Shown here one piece after another: positions 31,089-40,908 of a DNA stretch of 64,000 bases (positions within the stretch are counted from its first letter, which is position 1; each line of letters opens with the position of its first letter). A program made the translations under genes and the position numbers. Source of the DNA: Candidatus Poribacteria bacterium (GTDB lineage Bacteria > Poribacteria > WGA-4E > WGA-3G). The stretch lies in the NCBI GenBank assembly GCA_963665235.2, contig CAXXLX010000001.1, positions 1,952,001 to 2,016,000 of the forward strand, written 5' to 3'. The notes beneath the pieces are model-generated. The model ran no database searches, was not told the DNA's origin, and was given only the letters and a program-made list of their open reading frames with translations.

Positions 31089-32368
31089 TGAATACAACGA
31101 TACCCGCATTCCAGAAGTTGACAGAAATGCCCGTAATCCGAACACTCACCGATTTTGCACAAGAGAACGGCGTACAACTCTATCTCGTCGGAGGTTGTGT
31201 ACGCGACCTATTGCTTGAGCGACCTACTGCTGACTTCGATTTCACGTTGGCTTCGGATGCAATCCAATTTGCCAAAACGTTCGCCGATAGCCTTGGAGGC
31301 ACCTGTATTCCGCTTGAGGAGCATCCGCCTACTGCGCGCGTCGTTCTTAAAAAACCGTCTATAAGCTTGGACTTCTCCCAATTTCGTGCCGCATCCCTTA
31401 CTGAGGACTTGCAGTTGCGTGATTTGACCATCAACGCAATGGCGATTGAACTTAAACCCGCCTCAGCCTCACAAACGTTCCGTTTGATTGACCCGTGTGA
31501 CGGTATAAATGATTTGGATGCCCGGCGGCTCCAATTCCTGAGCGAGCAGGTCCTGCTCGATGACCCGCTCCGTCTGATACGAATTTATAGATTCGCCGCA
31601 CAGCTAGATTTTGAGATAACCCCAGACTCCGTTACCCTCGTCCAAAAATATCGACAGCTGCTGCCACGCGTCTCCGCAGAACGGATTCGCGACGAACTGA
31701 TTAAGATTCTCAACATCCAGCATGCAACCCCCTATTTGCAGAAAATGTCCACCGATGGCTTGTTGGCACATACAATACCAACCGTGACGCAGACCTCCAT
31801 GTTGTGGGAACCGCTTGAAACCTTTGAGAAATCCGCTATTCCTGCACCGCTTCGCTTCTATCAAAACGAAATTGATATCTATCTCAACGACACATTAGGC
31901 ACAGAAACCCATCGGCGCGCGTTTATCAAACTCAGCCTCCTTTTGCAGGGAAAGCTCCACGATATCGGTAACCAGCTGCGACTCAGCCGAAAAGCGGTAC
32001 AGTTTATGAAATGCCTCGTCTCAACATATCCGCTGCTGACAGAGACGCAGTTGACACAGAAACAGATAATCCAATTTTTAAAAACTGCTGCCACAGAATG
32101 GTGGGGGGGACTACTGTTTTCAGCGGCGTTGCACCCCATGGACGCTGCTGCACTTAGAGCTGTTGCGGACACCTACTATAGGCACGTGCTGCCCATCCTT
32201 AAACAGGGGCAGCTTATCACAGGCAAAGAGCTGATTCAGAGGTTCGCACTCAAGGAGGGGAAACAAATTGGGACGCTGTTGAAACAGATTGAGGAACGTC
32301 AATTTAATGGTGAAATTCGGACACGCGCGGAAGCACTCGCCACTGCCGAGGCACTAATACGCCAATAA
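31088..32368 (+). CDS. Class II tRNA nucleotidyltransferase (CCA/poly(A) polymerase family), probably CC-adding
   Basis: LVGGCVRD, DFD, RDLTINA, DDPLR..R..RF, VSAERIRDEL; no HD domain. Confidence 0.85.
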   Translation: MNTTIPAFQKLTEMPVIRTLTDFAQENGVQLYLVGGCVRDLLLERPTADFDFTLASDAIQFAKTFADSLGGTCIPLEEHPPTARVVLKKPSISLDFSQFRAASLTEDLQLRDLTINAMAIELKPASASQTFRLIDPCDGINDLDARRLQFLSEQVLLDDPLRLIRIYRFAAQLDFEITPDSVTLVQKYRQLLPRVSAERIRDELIKILNIQHATPYLQKMSTDGLLAHTIPTVTQTSMLWEPLETFEKSAIPAPLRFYQNEIDIYLNDTLGTETHRRAFIKLSLLLQGKLHDIGNQLRLSRKAVQFMKCLVSTYPLLTETQLTQKQIIQFLKTAATEWWGGLLFSAALHPMDAAALRAVADTYYRHVLPILKQGQLITGKELIQRFALKEGKQIGTLLKQIEERQFNGEIRTRAEALATAEALIRQ

Positions 32369-32459
32369 TTCCAACTCACATATCCGATAAATTAGCAATT
32401 AGCAATTGGCAAGAAATATAAGAAATAGACATTATATTCCCCGCCTAAAGACTGGGGTT

Positions 32460-33125
32460 TTACGTCCGTTTGCGTAAAAATCTCGGAATCAGCGAAACGA
32501 AGAGAATTAACACACCCGCAATTGACAAGTAAAGAAGCGTCCGCCTCAGATTGCCCTCACCACTCACAAGGGCACCACCAATTTGCACATACGCGATAGT
32601 ACCGGGCAACATAAATATCGCTGAAACAGGCAGATAGGTCAGAAACTTAATTTTGGTTAAACCGTACGCGTAGTTTTGTAGATTAAACGGAAAGATAGGG
32701 ACAAGCCTTGTGAACATCAAGATGCGCCACCCCTGCTGTTCCACCTTTTCGTCAATTTTTTGGAACTGCTTGTTCCCTGCAACCCAGCTCTCAACAAGTT
32801 CACGCGCAACATACCGGGCGACCAGAAAGGCAAGCGAAACCCCAATAATCGCACCAATCGCAGCATAAACAACACCCAACACCGGACCGAAAGCAAGACC
32901 TGAAAGCACTGTGATAGGAAGACCCGGCAGAAAGAACAGGGTCGCAACAATGTAAAAACAGATATAGACTAACGGCGCGATGACCCCGAAATCTGAAACC
33001 CATTCTTTGATTTTATAGACATTCTTAAGGTCAACGTAACGCGTTAACCCGTAAGCTCTCAAGACGAAATAGACTGTAGCAATTAAAACCACAGCGATGG
33101 TAAGTTTAATCGCCTTGCTTCGCAT
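32460..33125 (-). CDS. TVP38/TMEM64 (VTT/DedA-like) membrane protein
   Basis: FFLPG, RLVPIFPFNLQNYAYGLT; start trimmed. Confidence 0.9.
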   Translation of the reverse strand: MRSKAIKLTIAVVLIATVYFVLRAYGLTRYVDLKNVYKIKEWVSDFGVIAPLVYICFYIVATLFFLPGLPITVLSGLAFGPVLGVVYAAIGAIIGVSLAFLVARYVARELVESWVAGNKQFQKIDEKVEQQGWRILMFTRLVPIFPFNLQNYAYGLTKIKFLTYLPVSAIFMLPGTIAYVQIGGALVSGEGNLRRTLLYLSIAGVLILFVSLIPRFLRKRT

Positions 33126-34575
33126 CAATTGTAGCAATTGCCTCCAAATAGGTTTTAATCTGTGCCTGATATCGCTTCGGAATTCGCTTATTCTCGACAG
33201 CTCGCGCGTATTCACGCCGCGCAGCGAGCGCGACTTCGCTAAATGGCAAATAATCGGACGCAGCGGTTGTATCCATCGTATCCCCTGCGGAACTCCGCGT
33301 GACGCGTTCAGAATCGGATGTCACTGCCGGTGTCACCGTCAACACCTCGCCATCAGGTGATGACGCGAGGGGTGTTTCATCGCCAATAAGCGGTTTTGAC
33401 GTGTCAGCTCCATCAGGTGCAGTTGTAGAATCACTATTAGTAGGTGAAAAATCTGTCCCCTCACCTGTCGCGAGCGTTCCTTGCGTCTCTCTATTCCCCA
33501 ATTCCTGACCAGGGGCACCGTCGCTAGTAGCAATGTTATCGCCTACTTGCGCAGTTTCAATACTTGCTAAGGCAATACCCTTCCGGCTCTCTGTGAGTTG
33601 TGCTTCAAGTTGTTGCAGCTGTTTCACCTCGCGGAGTGCAGCGACGATATCCCGCAATACGTCAGGAGAGACCGCCTTCCCCTGAATTTCCGCTAACGAA
33701 CGACTGAGTGCACCTTCTGGAACATCCGCTGCTAACTTTGCTGCGAGTTCTGCTAATGCTTCGCGTAGTTCAGGTGGAATCTCTGCTTGTTCTGCTAGAG
33801 CTTCAAGTTCATCAGCAAGCGCGTCAGTCCCCATACCTTTGAAATGCTGCGTCGCTTGCGTCGCCTCCATAATAGCCGTTTCATCGGGAAGCTTCGATTT
33901 TTGTTCCCGCACCTCACGGGTTAGGGCACGCAAACGTGCTTGGGCATCGGCTGCATCTGCAGCGTTTTTCAACGCGTTAATCGTCTCGTCGCGTTTTTCT
34001 CGGATAATTGACGTATCAATCCTTTCAAGATTTTCAACTGCTAGGTCAATCGCGCGTTGTTCACGGTCGGTTAGCGGTTGCGGCAATTCATAAAGGCGGG
34101 GCACAGCGAACGAAATCGCTATCAGCAAAAGCGGAATCGGCATCCATTTCAACAAAGGTGGGAGGGTATACGGAACGACCTTTGATCTTTCCACGGTTGC
34201 CAAAGTGTTAGCAGTGTCACGAATCTGCAACTGTGTGAAGTCATCCTGTCTGTTTTTTTCTATCAGTTCTAAGGCTGTGCTGACGCGCTCCTTAAGTGCC
34301 AGGTCATCTTCAACAAAGCGGGCGGTATCAAACAACGTCTGCCAATGCCTGAAGCTGAAGCAGATGCCAACAATGACCGCACCGACAATCACTAACGGCA
34401 TAACAACAGTCATCGGAATCGGGAAACGAATTAGGCGAATCCCGATAAAAAGCACGGCAAGAACACAGGCACCACAAAAAATGGCGCGTGTCACCATCTG
34501 AATGAGCGCGCATCGGTACGCTCGATTTCGGAGAGCCGTTAAGCAGTTAAGAATAGTGCGTTCGGGATGTTCCAT
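33106..34575 (-). CDS. Membrane-anchored coiled-coil hypothetical protein
   Basis: N-terminal TMs, LKERVSTALE, helical middle, C-terminal IPKRYQAQIKTY motif. Confidence 0.7.
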   Translation of the reverse strand: MEHPERTILNCLTALRNRAYRCALIQMVTRAIFCGACVLAVLFIGIRLIRFPIPMTVVMPLVIVGAVIVGICFSFRHWQTLFDTARFVEDDLALKERVSTALELIEKNRQDDFTQLQIRDTANTLATVERSKVVPYTLPPLLKWMPIPLLLIAISFAVPRLYELPQPLTDREQRAIDLAVENLERIDTSIIREKRDETINALKNAADAADAQARLRALTREVREQKSKLPDETAIMEATQATQHFKGMGTDALADELEALAEQAEIPPELREALAELAAKLAADVPEGALSRSLAEIQGKAVSPDVLRDIVAALREVKQLQQLEAQLTESRKGIALASIETAQVGDNIATSDGAPGQELGNRETQGTLATGEGTDFSPTNSDSTTAPDGADTSKPLIGDETPLASSPDGEVLTVTPAVTSDSERVTRSSAGDTMDTTAASDYLPFSEVALAARREYARAVENKRIPKRYQAQIKTYLEAIATIDAKQGD

Positions 34576-34654
34576 CTCAGTTCCTCTTCTATTTCATCAA
34601 TTGTGAATTCCTATCGTTCATGATATAATACCAAAAAACGGACAGGTTGTCAAA

Positions 34655-35389
34655 GTGAATTTACATATCCAGGCTTTAAAAGAGAAATATTTAAACGGGT
34701 GGGAACGTCAAGCGACGGTAATTTTACTCGCCGCCGCACTGTTGTTGACACTTCATCGGAATTATGCCCGTCCACGTTTTTTTCGACTCCATCTCGCCCA
34801 ATATTTTCAAAACCTCCCGCTTGCAGAGAGCCATCCATATTTCTATTGGTTTTTGACGACCGGGCTCACGTTGTTTCTGATACCGTGCATAGTTGCCAAA
34901 TTTGGAACAGGAAAACGGTTGAAAACCTACGGCATCCAACTCGGAAATAGGAAACTCGGATGGGGCATAGCAGGGGCGGCATGGATTCTGATGATTCCGG
35001 TCGTTATCCTATCAGTCAACGTGTATCCCTCTTTTCTAGCAAAGTACCCACTATCCAAGGCGGTCCCAGAGAGCTGGCAGGTGTTCCTACTCTATCAGCT
35101 CGCCTATGGCGTTTATATGTTTTCGTGGGAATTTTTCTTCCGGGGGTTTATGCTCTTCGGTCTAGAGCCGAAATTCGGAAACTACAGCATCTTAATTCAG
35201 ACGATTCCGTTCGCTGTGATGCACTTTTCCAAACCCTTGCCGGAGGCACTCGGTTCAATCCTTGCCGGGGTATTGCTCGGCGTGCTTGCGTTAGAAACCC
35301 GTTCATTTATCTACGGTGCAGCAATTCACTGGTTCGTGGCAATGACGATGGATATAGTGGCAGTAGTTTACCCACGCCTTTGGGGGTGA
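34655..35389 (+). CDS. CPBP/Abi (CAAX) intramembrane metalloprotease
   Basis: WEFFFRG, FAVMH.SKP, H near the C-terminus. Confidence 0.88.
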   Translation: MNLHIQALKEKYLNGWERQATVILLAAALLLTLHRNYARPRFFRLHLAQYFQNLPLAESHPYFYWFLTTGLTLFLIPCIVAKFGTGKRLKTYGIQLGNRKLGWGIAGAAWILMIPVVILSVNVYPSFLAKYPLSKAVPESWQVFLLYQLAYGVYMFSWEFFFRGFMLFGLEPKFGNYSILIQTIPFAVMHFSKPLPEALGSILAGVLLGVLALETRSFIYGAAIHWFVAMTMDIVAVVYPRLWG

Positions 35390-35410
35390 CCTTTCGTTAC
35401 CGATCCCCTA

Positions 35411-35469
35411 CCTTCCACAAATCGCTGCCCGGTCATCAGTTCGTTAAGCATGGCCTGGAAGAGTTCATC
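35411..35469 (-). pseudogene. Possible C-terminal remnant of a Type I RM specificity subunit (hsdS)
   Basis: Translates as DELFQAMLNELMTGQRFVE, resembling HsdS C-termini; in-frame TGA three codons upstream. Confidence 0.45.
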
Positions 35470-35554
35470 TCTGATTCAACTTATGCGGTACCAACCTCTT
35501 ACGAATGAGGCAAATTGGGCGGAGTCGGGTGATGTCATTAACTTGAGTTCGTTG

Positions 35555-35911
35555 TTAAAGTGGGATGTAAGTAATTTGGTCAATATATTCGTCTTCGCCA
35601 GATGCCCCAGCGATGAGAATCAACTCGTCAATAATTTTTCCCATTGGCACTTCGAGATTAATCGTGAAAATGCCGGGAACATGGTGCCCTGCTGATAGAT
35701 GGTCATCGAGATGTTGAGGCATACTTTCCCGATTGTTTGTTATCAAGCTGAATTGGTTCTGTTCACACCACACTAAGATTTCTGGGTCCAGAGTGCTTCT
35801 CGCTGGTGCCCCTTCATCGCCAACCGCCAAGACCGTTAGTGATGGTTCATGGTTGAGCAATTGCGTACGGTATTCCGGAGAAATATTTTCGTCTATCAAA
35901 TACCGACGCAT
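35555..35911 (-). CDS. DUF5615 PIN-like toxin (VapC45-like)
   Basis: YLIDENIS, DPEILVWC...LITNNR, HVPGI; directly follows a DUF433 domain. Confidence 0.85.
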   Translation of the reverse strand: MRRYLIDENISPEYRTQLLNHEPSLTVLAVGDEGAPARSTLDPEILVWCEQNQFSLITNNRESMPQHLDDHLSAGHHVPGIFTINLEVPMGKIIDELILIAGASGEDEYIDQITYIPL

Positions 35912-35919
35912 TTTTATCC

Positions 35920-38900
35920 CTATTCGCTTTTGGTTGGAGATTGTGTTGTGCTAGTTGAGTCGGCATTTGAGTTGTTCGGGTGTGAATTATCAGCTACTGC
36001 TTCCCCTTCCGCTATAAGTTCACGCAAGTGAACAGCCCCGGGCGGTGGATTTTTCTTGTATTCCTCCCGTGCCGTTTGGCAAAATTTTAGATAATCATCT
36101 AAATATGCACCAACTTTTTCCTGATTTTGAAGATAATATAGAAGCGTAGCGTAAACCTGTTCCACTGTGAGTGAATAATAGTAGTGCTCGGCGATTACTT
36201 CTGGCGTTTTGCCATTGTAGATATATTCGTATAGGATAGTTTCAATACCTACCCGCGTTCCCTTGACACGAATATCATTTTCTGCCAAAAACGTAAAGTT
36301 ATCTTCAAGAGGATAGATTTGTTTGAATTCATTGATTCGTCTGAGGATACTGTTTTCGACAGGCAAAAATAGGGTATGCCTAGTTTGAATTAGATTTTCA
36401 AGTTGGCCCAATACCGTGTGGGCATTCCGTCTGTCCGTAAGTCCGGCTAATAAACCTAATGTCAAGAACTCTTTTTGTCTGAAAGAAATTGATTCCTCCC
36501 AAAATTTAAAAAGAAAATCAACCGCTACGGCTAATGCCGAATTTAAATTCATTCGTTCTTCACCTAAGGCAAGCACAAAACTGTTGTATGGCTCAGAGAG
36601 CTTCCAATTTGAACGTTTAGCTACTTCCACTAACAAATCTGCATCAAATTGCGTGCGATAGTAGCGAGAACAAACAAGTTTTATCGTTATCTCATCATAA
36701 TCAGCTTTATCAAGGAGATTTTGCTTAACGCAGTGTTCCAGTAAAACTTGTGTCCACACCCCGTCAATTTTAAAGTTTGTGCCAGCATCACTATTGAGAC
36801 CTATTTTCGCATAATCTCTGAGTCGTCCATCATCCGATAAAAGTAGGTGCCCGGGTTGGCTTGCAAGCAGAACCGTATCAAGGAAATGCTGTTGTAGCAT
36901 GTCATTGAGTTCCCGCCTGCGTAATTGGTTCATCTCTGACCCAACAGTGGCTTGACCAACTTCACAGTTCTCCCTAATCCAGTGAACGATGTTTTTTAGA
37001 AATGCTATTCCCTGCTTCGTTTCCTCAGGGTTGATAATTTGTTTTACGTACCGATTTCCTTTTTTACCAACTGTCGTTCCCTCGCGATTGGACCACATTG
37101 CCTCTCTCTCACTGATAGTACGCTGTAGTTCATCAATAGTCGCTTGGGCAACACATAGTTTTCCGAATGCGCTGACCACAATATCCGCTGCATCTAAACA
37201 GTGTAGAGTGAGTAGGGAAATAATATCTACAACAAGTTTAGGTTTAGAATGGTTAAGTAGGTTAAGGACGCTGCTTCTTTCCTCAATATCGCCAATACTA
37301 CACCTAATCCCTAATTCAGGGTTACCCATGAGGGAACCCCATGTATCTAAACTATTACTACCGACTAAACCTGTAAAACAACCGATTGTTATGTTCTCTT
37401 CCTTGTATAGTTTTTCAATTTGGAGTATGTGTTCGTGATGCCGATTAATCCTGTTAGTGATTGGTTTAAATCTCTCTTTATCATCGATTGCGTCAGAATC
37501 TTCTATTTTAACCATTTCCATACGTGCATCCGTTGGAAACAGATGTTCGTATTTACGAGAACTCTCTTGATAGGCATAAGAGAATTTGCTCTTGATATCA
37601 ATGATTTGGACAGTCTTTTCCTCAATCTTTATCACGGCATTTTTCTCTTTTCCGAGCAATTGTTGAGCAAAAGGATGATTCACATCACGTTCGTTGTGTG
37701 CGATATCTGCGTCATCACGTTCTTCAATGATATACCAATAGTCTTCGTCAGAAATGTTGACTTGGACTGCTGTATCCTTTTGAACTTGAGTAGGACTTAG
37801 CACCTCAGAAACCTCCTTTTCAACTGAAAAGAAGGTGCCGATATATCTAAGGTGGGCATCGGGTTTATCAAAATTCGTTCTTCGCACTTCATACATTATC
37901 TCCAATGCTTTTTCCGGTTGAAATCTCATTTGATGTAATTGGGCGAATTGAACGCATGCTTCCAGAGAAAGATTCTCGAGGAAAGAATAATTCTTGGAAT
38001 CAGGAAATTTTTTTAACACATTATCAATTTCTTCCGCTTTATTAGCTCGAAAAAGAATCATTCCGAGACGGATTCGCATATCATTGTCATTAGGAAATTT
38101 TTTCAAATAGTCCTTGCATACCGCCTCGGCTTTGTTCATATCGCCGATTTCCTCATAAATCACGACCTCCATCACGGAAACGTTTTCAAGTGGACCATAT
38201 TTCTCGCGAAGTTTCTGACAGAGCTCGAGTGCTTTCGCAATTTCGCCAGAATTGTAGTAACTTTGCACTAACAGTCGTGTCAACCGGGAGTTCTGACCTG
38301 TGTCAGCGAGTTTTTCGTAAAGCGTTGCCGCCTCTTTAAATAACTCATGGATGTAGAGCTGGTCAGCTAACATTATAATATCGAGAAATTCTGCACCATC
38401 CTGAACATAGCTGTATGCCTCTTTGAGTAGAGAAACCGCTTCATCGCGTTTTTCATTCGCGCTAAAAATGCAAGCAGCGTCAACAAGATTCGGTATGCTC
38501 CTGGCGGTTAACTTGCGCATCGCTATTGAAATTTGCAGGGCATCATCAAAACGTTTATCAGCAATATAAACTTTAATGAGCAAACGCCTTGCTTCTTCTT
38601 GAAGTTCTGGAGATAAATCTGTCTGCAAAAAATCGTTAAGTTTTGTAATAGACTCATCTAATCGTTCACTCAGTAAGAGGAAATTAGCAAGTATAATTGG
38701 TGCTTCGGGTACTTCCGGGGCGGATTGGATTTTTTCCAAGAGTTCAACAGATTTCTGTGTATTTCCGCATTCAAAAGCTAATAACGCACGATTTTTTATC
38801 AAAATTGGATTTGATTTTTCAATTCCTAAGGCAGTATCAAGGTCTTCCGTTGCTTTTGTCAACTCGCCAAGGTGAAAATGTGCAATTCCTCTGTTAATAA

Positions 38901-40320
38901 GCCAACCTGCTCTATAATTCTTTAATTCTGTATTGGAAACCGTATTCCACGCCTCGGTAAGAAATTCTATTGCCTGTCGTAGTTGTTCCTTTTGTGAATC
39001 ATGAAGTTGACTGGTCCCCACTGCAAGATTGTCTTCTAGTGTTTGCTCAATCAAGATAGTTGCGAAAGCAGCCTTAAAATTAGGAGTATTTCCCTTTTTC
39101 TGCGACACCATGATTTCGCCCCATCTTTTCGCTGCTTCAAAATTCCCGCGTTGCCATGCTAAATCGCTGATGGCGGAAGCAATTTGTGGAGAATCGTGCA
39201 AATCGTCAGGAACTTTAGCAATTACTTCATCGAGTGACTCTTCCTTAGCAGAAATTCCAATAAGAATAACGTAGGCATCCGTATTTGAAGGATTCTTTTC
39301 CAGTGTCTGTTTTACGTAGTCTGCGGCGTACTCTGTTTCTCCCAATAGGAGGTGAGCCAAGGCACGATTAGATAGTGCCCTTTCGTCTTCAGGTTTATAT
39401 TGAAATGCCGTAATCAATAATTTTGCCGCTTTCTTCTCATCGTTTAAGGCAAGCCACGCCGCTGCAATATTGGTTAGAATCCTAAACCTTAGCTCATCCG
39501 AAGCATCTGCCCAAATACGTTCATTTAGAATTTCTAATAACTCAAGAGCAGTCGCAGGTTTATTATTCTCAAGCAATTTTCGGGCGTTGTCTATTTCTGT
39601 GTGATGTTCTTTTCCAACTTCAGTTGCTATTAAATCAGACATATTTACATTGAGTTGAGATTTAATGTCACAAACTGCATCATAAGTTGCCCCCGTTGTT
39701 TGCTTAAGCTCTCTATTATCATCCTTAATTTTTTCGGTGTTATCTTTGATGGCTTGGATGTCCGCGGAAAGACGTTGTGTCACTTCATTTCGCACGTAGT
39801 CAATTTTACGTGACAATTCATTTAGTATCGTGCCGGCATCATCTTGATTCTTTATGTTATTTTGAATATATTCAAAGACAATTTGATTGAATGCTTCCTG
39901 TTTAAACGGCAGTTGTGCATAAAAATCAATAATCACCCTTTCAATGATGGGACGAATTCTTCGTTCAAAATCTTTATCAGTTAATTGATGCTTTGGAACG
40001 ATGATACAATCACGAAAGAGCGTTGTGATTTTTGCGATTTTTCCACTTTCATTTAAGTCTGTGAATTGAACTTCATCAACATCTTTAAGTGAAGCAATAA
40101 CGTTGTCAAACGTAGGATGATGCACTTCAACTGTTTTTGGATCGGTAAGATCGGCAAAGTCAGACGCGCATTGCTTAACGACCTTATCAAAAGACTTTTT
40201 GAAAAGGTCTTCTGCTGTAGTTTTGTAATATTTTTTAATGGCGGGGCCAATACCACCGGCAATAGAAAATCCAGTGCCTACAATGTTATATACTATGAAG
40301 GCTAAATCGAGTATTGTCAT
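35920..40320 (-). CDS. Large TPR-GreAB-C-PIN protein with a C-terminal DUF433 antitoxin fusion
   Basis: TPR array; HPFAQQLLGKEK (GreA/B C-terminal-like); LVVDIISLL...DTVLLA...LLSDDGRLR (PIN); LEDNFTFLAENDIRVKGTRVGIETIL...LTVEQVYATLLYY (DUF433); AGGAG RBS. Confidence 0.8.
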   Translation of the reverse strand: MTILDLAFIVYNIVGTGFSIAGGIGPAIKKYYKTTAEDLFKKSFDKVVKQCASDFADLTDPKTVEVHHPTFDNVIASLKDVDEVQFTDLNESGKIAKITTLFRDCIIVPKHQLTDKDFERRIRPIIERVIIDFYAQLPFKQEAFNQIVFEYIQNNIKNQDDAGTILNELSRKIDYVRNEVTQRLSADIQAIKDNTEKIKDDNRELKQTTGATYDAVCDIKSQLNVNMSDLIATEVGKEHHTEIDNARKLLENNKPATALELLEILNERIWADASDELRFRILTNIAAAWLALNDEKKAAKLLITAFQYKPEDERALSNRALAHLLLGETEYAADYVKQTLEKNPSNTDAYVILIGISAKEESLDEVIAKVPDDLHDSPQIASAISDLAWQRGNFEAAKRWGEIMVSQKKGNTPNFKAAFATILIEQTLEDNLAVGTSQLHDSQKEQLRQAIEFLTEAWNTVSNTELKNYRAGWLINRGIAHFHLGELTKATEDLDTALGIEKSNPILIKNRALLAFECGNTQKSVELLEKIQSAPEVPEAPIILANFLLLSERLDESITKLNDFLQTDLSPELQEEARRLLIKVYIADKRFDDALQISIAMRKLTARSIPNLVDAACIFSANEKRDEAVSLLKEAYSYVQDGAEFLDIIMLADQLYIHELFKEAATLYEKLADTGQNSRLTRLLVQSYYNSGEIAKALELCQKLREKYGPLENVSVMEVVIYEEIGDMNKAEAVCKDYLKKFPNDNDMRIRLGMILFRANKAEEIDNVLKKFPDSKNYSFLENLSLEACVQFAQLHQMRFQPEKALEIMYEVRRTNFDKPDAHLRYIGTFFSVEKEVSEVLSPTQVQKDTAVQVNISDEDYWYIIEERDDADIAHNERDVNHPFAQQLLGKEKNAVIKIEEKTVQIIDIKSKFSYAYQESSRKYEHLFPTDARMEMVKIEDSDAIDDKERFKPITNRINRHHEHILQIEKLYKEENITIGCFTGLVGSNSLDTWGSLMGNPELGIRCSIGDIEERSSVLNLLNHSKPKLVVDIISLLTLHCLDAADIVVSAFGKLCVAQATIDELQRTISEREAMWSNREGTTVGKKGNRYVKQIINPEETKQGIAFLKNIVHWIRENCEVGQATVGSEMNQLRRRELNDMLQQHFLDTVLLASQPGHLLLSDDGRLRDYAKIGLNSDAGTNFKIDGVWTQVLLEHCVKQNLLDKADYDEITIKLVCSRYYRTQFDADLLVEVAKRSNWKLSEPYNSFVLALGEERMNLNSALAVAVDFLFKFWEESISFRQKEFLTLGLLAGLTDRRNAHTVLGQLENLIQTRHTLFLPVENSILRRINEFKQIYPLEDNFTFLAENDIRVKGTRVGIETILYEYIYNGKTPEVIAEHYYYSLTVEQVYATLLYYLQNQEKVGAYLDDYLKFCQTAREEYKKNPPPGAVHLRELIAEGEAVADNSHPNNSNADSTSTTQSPTKSE

Positions 40321-40799
40321 GGATTTTCATCTCCTATCAGAGGGTTGTTTGATACAAGTCAATATTCAACCAATAGTCTTTTTGAGACTTACCCAATTTT
40401 CTTATCGGCACCTGTGTGCCCACGCCGCTGTCAAGGTTCAAACCTTGACAGCAAAGAAAACTGCGTCCGTCCTACTTTAAATGTGTTGATTTTTTTAGTT
40501 TACATATTAACGTGAGCTTGAGAATAAATATCCGTTTGCTGTAGACACTTTTCATGGCAAAAAAAACGATGTGATTGTAGCACAAACTTTCTAGTTTGTG
40601 TCTTCCGTTTTTGCTAAAAATATCAGGGGACACCGCGGGTGAAACTTTATTAAGTATACCTGAATTTTCGAGGAATATCAAATTTTTTTATAAGAAGCTG
40701 TCTTTTCAATCTTCCATCCTTTCTTCCACCCTTCCATACTTCCATCCTCTTGCCAAAAACTTTACACACCCCCCGAACGAACACCTCCACAAAAATGAC

Positions 40800-40828
40800 T
40801 TGACAGATTTGCAGTTTTCCTATAGAAT
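40800..40828 (+). promoter_or_regulatory. acs promoter
   Basis: TTGACA-17 bp-TAGAAT. Confidence 0.7.
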
Positions 40829-40908
40829 GATAATAGGTAAAAAAGAACGCGGACACTGGACCGCCCTTAAAAGCAGAAATCAGCCTTTAATATAGGAGTA
40901 GAGAATAC

